In this document: positions 42,864-48,589 of the stretch, piece by piece
How the letters are laid out: every line of letters begins with the position of its first letter
Numbering within the stretch: position 1 is the first letter of the stretch
Assembly: GCA_022821365.1 (NCBI GenBank)
Contig: JAJEDS010000190.1
Coordinates: 1-48,589, forward strand
Source: Dehalococcoidia bacterium
GTDB taxonomy: Bacteria; Chloroflexota; Dehalococcoidia; Lucifugimonadales; UBA3495
DNA: 48,589 bases
Reading direction: 5' to 3'
Translations under genes and position numbers: made by a program
The notes under the pieces: generated by a model
Databases searched by the model: none
What the model was told of the DNA's origin: nothing
What the model saw: the letters and a program-made list of their open reading frames with translations, nothing else

Positions 42864-43355
42864 CTACACCGGGTGCTCCTGCACCGACTCCCGTCTCAGC
42901 AGTTCCAGCGCGTGGGGCAGGACGGGCATGACCACTTCCAGGGTTTCCGCCACCCCCTTGGGGCTGCCTGGCAGGGTAAGGATGAGGGTCTTGCCGCGGA
43001 TTCCCGCCACTGAGCGGCTGAGCATGGCCATGGGAGTGAACTTTAACGTTTCCGCCCGCATGGTCTCCGCCATACCTGGCACCTCCCGGTCGATGATGGA
43101 GAGGCAGGCCTCGGGGGTAACATCCCGGGGGCCCAGGCCCGTGCCGCCGGTGCTGATGATCAGGTTGACGTCGGGAGAGTCGGCCCAGTCAGCCATGCGC
43201 TGGGCAATCATGGCCTTTTCGTCGGAGACAACCTCGTATCGGACCAGTTCGTAGTCGGGAGGGGGCAGAAGTTCCTTGATCCTGTCGCCGCTGGTATCTT
43301 CCCGCTGGCCGTGGTATCCCGAAGTGCTGACCGTAAGAACCGCAAGTCCAAACAT
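42864..43355 (-). CDS. MogA/MoaB family molybdenum cofactor biosynthesis protein
   Basis: ATG 43355 follows GGAGGG. Motifs: VLTVSTSG, LIISTGGTGLGPRDVTPEA and LPGSPKG. 163 aa. The longer track ORF upstream is non-family sequence. Confidence 0.85.
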   Translation of the reverse strand: MFGLAVLTVSTSGYHGQREDTSGDRIKELLPPPDYELVRYEVVSDEKAMIAQRMADWADSPDVNLIISTGGTGLGPRDVTPEACLSIIDREVPGMAETMRAETLKFTPMAMLSRSVAGIRGKTLILTLPGSPKGVAETLEVVMPVLPHALELLRRESVQEHPV

Positions 43356-43428
43356 ATACCCTCCAGGGAAGAATAATACCATAGGAGGATTATGCGATGA
43401 AGTTGACCCACGTAGGTACCCGATTCCC

Positions 43429-43477
43429 CACGAATAATGAGCAGGCCATTCGTGAGTATTCGTGCCGATTCGTGGAT
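43429..43477 (+). repeat. ATTCGTG-repeat element, family A
   Basis: CACGAATaatgagcaggCCATTCGTGagtATTCGTGccgATTCGTGGAT: one inverted heptamer followed by three phased direct heptamers. Confidence 0.75.
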
Positions 43478-43500
43478 GGACGATCAGCCGGGAAGGAACG

Positions 43501-44388
43501 TTAACCCATGCCGGCCAGCACCGCCTGGGCGGTAGCGCCAATATCGGCAGGCGTGGGGATGATGTGGGCGCCGGCGTCGCGCATGGCCGCAATCTTTGCC
43601 TCGGCGCGGGCGCTGTCGCCGGTGATAATGGCCCCGGCGTGGCCCATGCGCTTGCCCGGGGGCGCCGTTGCCCCCACTATCAGGGTGCAGACGGGCTTGG
43701 TAACCGATTCCTTGATGTAGGCCGCCGCTTCCTGCTCCATGGTGCCGCCGATTTCCCCGATGAAGACGATCAGATCCGTCTCCGGGTCCTCGTTGTACAG
43801 CCGCAGGATTTCGGTGAAGCTGGTGCCGATGATGGGGTCGCCGCCAATGCCGACGCAGCTGGACTGGCCGATGCCCAGGTTGGTCAACTGGCCCACCGCC
43901 TCGTAGGTCAGGGTACCGCTGCGGGAGACGACGCCAACGCGGCCGGGCATGTGAATGTTGCCGGGCATAATGCCCACCTTGCAGCGGGCCCCGGGGTTGA
44001 TCATGCCGGGGCAGTTGGGGCCGATGAGCCGCACTTCCGGCTTGCGCTCCAGGTAGCGGGCCACCCTGGCCATGTCCTGCACGGGCACGCCCTCCGTTAT
44101 GCAGGCTATGAGGGGCATCCCGGCGTCGGCGGCCTCCACGATGGCGTCGGGCGCGAAGGGTGGCGGCACGAAAATCAGGGACACGTTGGCGCCCGTTTCT
44201 GCCACCGCCTCTTCCACCGAGTTGAAGACGGGGACGGTTTCCTCGAACATCTGGCCGCCCCGTCCCGGGGTAACGCCAGCCACTACGTTGGTGCCGTAGG
44301 CCATTCCGGCCCGGGCGTGAAAGCTGCCCTCCCGTCCGGTAATGCCCTGGACCAGGATGCGCGAATTTTCGTCCAAAAGAATGCCCAT
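43501..44388 (-). CDS. sucD: Succinate--CoA ligase subunit alpha
   Basis: [24 protein letters not shown]..., GVTPGRGG and the phosphohistidine loop region MGHAGAI. ATG 44388. Confidence 0.95.
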   Translation of the reverse strand: MGILLDENSRILVQGITGREGSFHARAGMAYGTNVVAGVTPGRGGQMFEETVPVFNSVEEAVAETGANVSLIFVPPPFAPDAIVEAADAGMPLIACITEGVPVQDMARVARYLERKPEVRLIGPNCPGMINPGARCKVGIMPGNIHMPGRVGVVSRSGTLTYEAVGQLTNLGIGQSSCVGIGGDPIIGTSFTEILRLYNEDPETDLIVFIGEIGGTMEQEAAAYIKESVTKPVCTLIVGATAPPGKRMGHAGAIITGDSARAEAKIAAMRDAGAHIIPTPADIGATAQAVLAGMG

Positions 44389-44415
44389 AGGTTGGTTGCT
44401 CCAGTCAGTTAATCC

Positions 44416-44496
44416 CCCAAGAATACACACGAACCTTCACTAATGATCAATTGGCTCGAATCGGCCATTCGTGGAAATTCGTGTGTATTCGTGGAT
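44416..44496. repeat. ATTCGTG-repeat element, family A, inverted-repeat form filling the sucC-sucD gap
   Basis: Left arm cccaaGAATacaCACGAACcttCACTAATg. Right arm CCATTCGTGgaaATTCGTGtgtATTCGTGGAT. The arms are imperfectly complementary, with a 13-nt identical core (gaatacacacgaa). Confidence 0.75.
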
Positions 44497-44507
44497 CGAT
44501 GCTTTCC

Positions 44508-45662
44508 TTAAGCTGCCCGTCGTACCGCCTCGGCGGCCTCGGTCAGGGTGTCGGCAAAGGTTACGTTGAGGGGTGAGGCGGCCAGGATTTCCTTGCCCTC
44601 GTCCACGTTGGTGCCCAGCATGCGGACGATCAGGGGCAGGTTGGAGTTCATGCGTTCAAAGGCCAGGACAATGCCGCGGGCCGCGATGTCGCAGCGCAGA
44701 ATGCCGCCAAAGACGTTGATCAAGACCCGGTCCACCTTTGGATCGGAGAGGATGATGCTGACCGCACTGGCTACCTTTTCGTCGTCGGCGCCGCCTCCCA
44801 CATCCAGGAAGTTGGCCGGGGCTGCGCCGGCGGCGTTGGTTACGTCCAGGGTAGCCATGGCCAGGCCTGCCCCGTTGACCAGGCAGCCGACGCTGCCCTC
44901 CAGGTTCACGTAGGCGATCTCCATGTCGGAAGCCCGGGCCTCCAGCGCGTCCTCCTGGGAACGGTCCCGCAGTTCCCGCAGGTCGCCGTGGCGGAACATG
45001 GAATCGTCTTCCACGTCCAGCTTGGCGTCCAGGGCCACCACCCGGTCGTCGCCCGTTACGATCAGGGGGTTGATTTCCACCAGTGAGCAGTCGTTTTCGG
45101 TGAAGATGCGATACAGGGCGTTAAGCGCCTGTACGGCGGGTCGTGCGGGGCCTGCTTCCAGACCCAGGCGGGATACCACCCGCCGCGCCTGGTATGGCAT
45201 CAGGCCCAGGACGGGCTCAATGGGTTCGGTGTGGATGTTCTCGGGGTTGGTGGCGGCTACTTCTTCAATGTCCATGCCGCCGGCGGCGCTGGCAATCATT
45301 ACCGGACCGCGAAACCCCCGGTCAATGGTCAGGGCCACGTAAAGTTCCTGTTTGATGTCGGCCAGTTCCTCCACCAGCACCGAGTTTATGGGGACGCCCT
45401 GGGCGTCGGTCTGGCGGGTTACCAGGTTGCGGCCGATGAACCCCCGGGCCACCTCTTCCGCCTCTTCGGGGGAACGGACCACCTTGATGCCGCCGCCCTG
45501 GCCGCGCCCACCGGCATGGACCTGGGCCTTCACCACCGCCTGTCCGCCCATCTCCCTGGTGGCCTGCGCTGCCTCTTCAGGGGTGTTGGCCACGATGCCC
45601 CGGGGCACTTCGATGCCGTAGCGAGCGAAAATCTCCTTGGCCTGGTACTCGTGAAGTTTCAT
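44508..45662 (-). CDS. sucC: ADP-forming succinate--CoA ligase subunit beta
   Basis: MKLHEYQAKEIFARYGIEVPRG is a canonical SucC N-terminus (ATP-grasp). 384 aa. Confidence 0.95.
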   Translation of the reverse strand: MKLHEYQAKEIFARYGIEVPRGIVANTPEEAAQATREMGGQAVVKAQVHAGGRGQGGGIKVVRSPEEAEEVARGFIGRNLVTRQTDAQGVPINSVLVEELADIKQELYVALTIDRGFRGPVMIASAAGGMDIEEVAATNPENIHTEPIEPVLGLMPYQARRVVSRLGLEAGPARPAVQALNALYRIFTENDCSLVEINPLIVTGDDRVVALDAKLDVEDDSMFRHGDLRELRDRSQEDALEARASDMEIAYVNLEGSVGCLVNGAGLAMATLDVTNAAGAAPANFLDVGGGADDEKVASAVSIILSDPKVDRVLINVFGGILRCDIAARGIVLAFERMNSNLPLIVRMLGTNVDEGKEILAASPLNVTFADTLTEAAEAVRRAA

Positions 45663-45769
45663 TTATGCTCCGTCACATAGGTTGGGCAACGGCCTGGCGG
45701 CGTTGCCCATGTTCAATGTTTGCCTATTTCCTCGTAAAAAGGGAAGGCTCCAAACCCAGTCTCTGGCTA

Positions 45770-46708
45770 TCAGTTCGAATCGGGCGAAGCCAGGAACTCG
45801 AACAGCTCCTCGTCTGAAGACAGGATAACCGTGTCCTGGCTGCTCAGGAAGGAACGGTAGGCCTGAAGGCTGCGACGGAAGGCAAAGAAATCAGGGTCCT
45901 GGTTGAGCGCCTGGGCCAGGATGCGGATGGCCTCCGCTTCACCTTGACCACGGATCTGGTTGCTCTCCTGCTCGGCCGTAGCCAGGATGACCTCGCGGTC
46001 ACGGTTGGCCACCGCGCGAATCTTCAGGTCCTCCTCTTCACCTTCGGCCCTGAACCGGGTGGCGATACGGTTACGCTCGGCCCGCATACGGGTGTAGATG
46101 CTGGGGGTCACCGATTCGGGGAAGTCGGCCCGCTTGATTCTCACGTCGATGATTTCAATGCCGAAATTCTGGTCGGCGGTGCGCTGCCGCACCCCCTGCA
46201 ACACTTCATCAAGAATCTCCGACCGGGTCTGCCGGGGTTCGATTTCAGGAAGGCCCTCTGCGTTCAGTATGGGGTTGCCATCCGGGTCTACGATGGGCTC
46301 GGCGCCGATGATCTCGAACCGGTCCCGCAACGCCACCCGGTCACGCAGGGTGGAAGTAACGATGTCGCCCAAACGGCTGCTGGCGTTGATTTCCGTCTGC
46401 AGGGTCTTCCGGAACTGGACGGGATCCTGGATTCGATATCTGGCGTAGGAATCGATGATTAGATTCTGCTTTTCCTTGTCGGGCATGGAAGCCGGGTCGG
46501 CGTCAATGCGCAGAATACGCTTGTCAAAGGTTACTATGGTGTCTACGAAGGGGGCCTTGAGGTAGAGGCCCGGCGTTGTGCGGGTGCCGATAACCTCGTT
46601 GAACCGCAGGATCAGCACCTGCTGGGTCTCGTCGACTATATACAGGGACTGCCGCAGAACTATCAACCCGATGACGACAATCACGCCTATGATTAGCAGC
46701 GCTCTCAT
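45770..46708 (-). CDS. hflC: SPFH/band-7 protease modulator HflC
   Basis: N-terminal TM segment followed by LYIVDETQQVLILRFNEVIG...PGLYLKAPFVD. 312 aa. It lies downstream of the hflK-like gene. Confidence 0.8.
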   Translation of the reverse strand: MRALLIIGVIVVIGLIVLRQSLYIVDETQQVLILRFNEVIGTRTTPGLYLKAPFVDTIVTFDKRILRIDADPASMPDKEKQNLIIDSYARYRIQDPVQFRKTLQTEINASSRLGDIVTSTLRDRVALRDRFEIIGAEPIVDPDGNPILNAEGLPEIEPRQTRSEILDEVLQGVRQRTADQNFGIEIIDVRIKRADFPESVTPSIYTRMRAERNRIATRFRAEGEEEDLKIRAVANRDREVILATAEQESNQIRGQGEAEAIRILAQALNQDPDFFAFRRSLQAYRSFLSSQDTVILSSDEELFEFLASPDSN

Positions 46709-46799
46709 TTTTACTCTCGAAAAGTCCGGTTAAAGCCTGGTTTACCGACAAACGAACTGAGACGGCAGCTACCCAGTAAGGTATCCGCCATTCACATCC

Positions 46800-47879
46800 T
46801 TAGGGTTGTGGGCCGATGGGAACGGGCGTCGTAGTGCCGTCACCGCCCAGAATAAGCACCGTCTCCGCCTCAGGCGACACAATAATCTTGCTGACGGAGG
46901 GGAGAACCTCTTCCATGGCTTCCAGGTACAGGCGGCGACGCGTCACCTCCCGGGACTGCTGGTACTCGGTGAGGATGAAGCGGAACTGGTCGGCTTCACC
47001 CTGGGCCCTGGCGATACGGGCCTGTCTGAAGGCTTCGGCGGCCTCTTTGATCCGTTCGGCGTCACCCTGGGCCCTGGGGATAATATCGGCCTCGAATGCG
47101 CGGGCCTGGTTGATGCGGGTGTCCCGCTCCTGGCGGGCGCGCAGCACGTCGTCAAAGGCATCCCGAACCTCTTCCGGGGCCTTCACGTCCTGCAGCTGTA
47201 CCGTCTCGATGTTGATGCCCGTGTTATAGGTGTCCAGGATTTCCTGCAGGCGCAGCTTGGTCTGCTCCTCAACACCCTCACGGTCGCGGACCAGGATGTC
47301 GTCAATGGAACGCTGCCCGACAACCAGCCGCAGGGCGGCTTCGGCGGCGTCCTTCAGGGTGCGGCCGTCGGGCCTTCCCTGAAGTATACCGCGAGTCTCC
47401 TCACCCGGGTCATCCACCCGGAAAAGGAAGTCGTTCAAGCTCTTGATGTTGTACTGCACCACCATCTGAACGTCTACGATGTTCAGGTCGCCGCTGATCA
47501 TCAGCGCCTCGGTGGGGAAAGGATTGCCGGCGCCGGTGGCGTTGCTGCGGAACCCCAATTCCATACGTCGGGTCTCGGTGACCAGGATGACGTCTCGCTG
47601 TCCTATGGGGCGGGGCCACCACCACCGCAGACCTTCCTGGGTTACCGGGTTGCCTTGCACGGCGCCGAACAGACGCAGGGCGGCGTTTTCACCAGGACCG
47701 ATGGTATAAACGCCGGTACCTAACCAAACAATTATGGCCAATACCAGGATGCCCACAATGAAGAGGGCCATGCCCCCGCCACCGAAGCGACCTGAAAACC
47801 GGCCCACTCCGTCACGAAATCGCGCAGTTACCTGCTCGAAGTCCATTTCAGGCTGACGTTGCCCGCCAGGAGGATACAT
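46800..47879 (-). CDS. hflK: SPFH/band-7 protease modulator HflK
   Basis: ATG 47879 follows GGAAGGA. It has a Gly-rich N-terminus, a TM segment, then VYTIGPGENAALRLFGAV..., an SPFH core and a C-terminal coiled region. Confidence 0.8.
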   Translation of the reverse strand: MYPPGGQRQPEMDFEQVTARFRDGVGRFSGRFGGGGMALFIVGILVLAIIVWLGTGVYTIGPGENAALRLFGAVQGNPVTQEGLRWWWPRPIGQRDVILVTETRRMELGFRSNATGAGNPFPTEALMISGDLNIVDVQMVVQYNIKSLNDFLFRVDDPGEETRGILQGRPDGRTLKDAAEAALRLVVGQRSIDDILVRDREGVEEQTKLRLQEILDTYNTGINIETVQLQDVKAPEEVRDAFDDVLRARQERDTRINQARAFEADIIPRAQGDAERIKEAAEAFRQARIARAQGEADQFRFILTEYQQSREVTRRRLYLEAMEEVLPSVSKIIVSPEAETVLILGGDGTTTPVPIGPQP

Positions 47880-48182
47880 AAGCGGTTTCCTTCCAACAAT
47901 ATTCCGGCGGCAGTTCCTTCGCCCGCCGCCGCTATCCCCGCCCTGAGCGAGCGGAAATCGCACCTATAGATTCTACCACCATTGGCAAGTCCGGCAAGGC
48001 CGTGGCGATCTTCCCCAATATCTGGGCCAATTGGATGTACCTGTCGTCGCACCAGGGCCCTGCTCAGTGGCCCAACCGGCAACGGAGAGCATATAATCGA
48101 CTCAGGAAGGATTGCGCGGCGAGCGGCGGCGCGCTTGCCCCGGGAAGTCAAAGACGCAGGTGGACCAGGAGGACAGGCAACC

Positions 48183-48452
48183 ATGTCGGACAACGGAATG
48201 ACCATAAGCCCAGGGGTGGATATGACCCGTATTCAGGTTACCTGCCCCCACCAAAGCGGTCTGCTCTACGTGGTGCCGGCGGAACGCAGCTGGGTGTGCG
48301 ACCCGGAACAGGTTCCGGCTCACGCGCTGGCCGGGTTCTTCAGGGAACTGGTCAACCTGAAGGACGACCGGGTGGCCGCCCTGATGCAGGACTGGGGCCT
48401 CTACTACCGGCAACTGCCGCTGGAAGCAGACCAGGGCGAAGAGGAAGGCTAG
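48183..48452 (+). CDS. Hypothetical small protein (89 aa)
   Basis: ATG 48183 follows AGGAGGA. Two overlapping longer track ORFs (47982 and 48002) are Arg/Gly/Pro-rich upstream and are unlikely to be real there. Confidence 0.4.
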   Translation: MSDNGMTISPGVDMTRIQVTCPHQSGLLYVVPAERSWVCDPEQVPAHALAGFFRELVNLKDDRVAALMQDWGLYYRQLPLEADQGEEEG

Positions 48453-48461
48453 GGCGTGTCG

Positions 48462-48589
48462 TCAAAATAGTCTTGTCCACATAACCATGGCTCGAATTTG
48501 GCAGGCTGCCAGGAATGAGGCTTCATTCTTGGCATATCTGGTGGCTACTCCGCGCCACTGTTTGAAGGTTCGAAATGCGTTTTCCACCA
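48462..48589 (-). mobile_element. 3' end of an IS5-family (DDE_Tnp_1) transposase gene, continuing beyond the window
   Basis: The minus-strand translation is VENAFRTFKQWRGVATRYAKNEASFLAACQIRAMVMWTRLF, followed by a stop (TGA; complement 48462-48464). The pattern E-N-x-F-x-x-x-K-x-x-R-x-(I/V)-A-T-R-Y-x-K is the conserved C-terminal block of IS5/IS427-type transposases. Confidence 0.7.

Noticed and set aside
47982-48484. Two overlapping long + strand ORFs (47982-48452 and 48002-48484) as real genes of about 156-160 aa.
   Set aside because: Their 5' halves are Arg/Gly/Pro/Ala-rich with no ribosome-binding site. Only the 3' part of the first, from ATG 48183 preceded by AGGAGGA, looks coding. The second frame is Arg/Gly-rich throughout.

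Overview
This is a gene-dense chromosomal segment of about 48.6 kb. Hand counts on sample lines give roughly 60% G+C. The gene content and repeat types fit a Chloroflexota (Dehalococcoidia/SAR202-like) genome, but I could not run any search, so that placement is inference.

The backbone is housekeeping:
- aroC, aroE and valS as a co-directional string
- bioY plus an MBL hydrolase
- hrcA, polX, rpsA, pyrG, a short transaldolase/FSA and rho
- a MogA/MoaB-family gene, sucCD and hflKC

Accessory or unusual content, in order of interest:
1. A translationally coupled ABC-type ATPase plus small TOPRIM-like gene pair at 14339-16023. It has a PARIS/OLD/AbiL-like architecture and an A+T-richer core, and is my best candidate for an undescribed defence module.
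2. Two diverged copies of a DUF1800-DUF1501-NHL-repeat cassette (2230-6013 and 38538-42276). They have matching promoter architecture. Copy 1 of DUF1501 carries an in-frame TAG at a conserved Glu.
3. A dispersed repeat family of 10-bp-phased ATTCGTG heptamers that fills intercistronic gaps, plus two further palindromic repeat families.
4. Two envelope proteins that share a Cys-containing C-terminal domain and flank bioY.
5. A toxin-antitoxin-like small gene pair with a probable frameshift.
6. A response regulator, histidine kinase and Pro/Thr-linker lipoprotein operon.
7. A 5'-truncated reductive-dehalogenase homologue at the left edge and the 3' end of an IS5-family transposase at the right edge.

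I found no rRNA genes, tRNA genes or CRISPR arrays. All family assignments come from motif recognition by eye. The long antisense ORFs in the track are treated as high-GC mirror artefacts.
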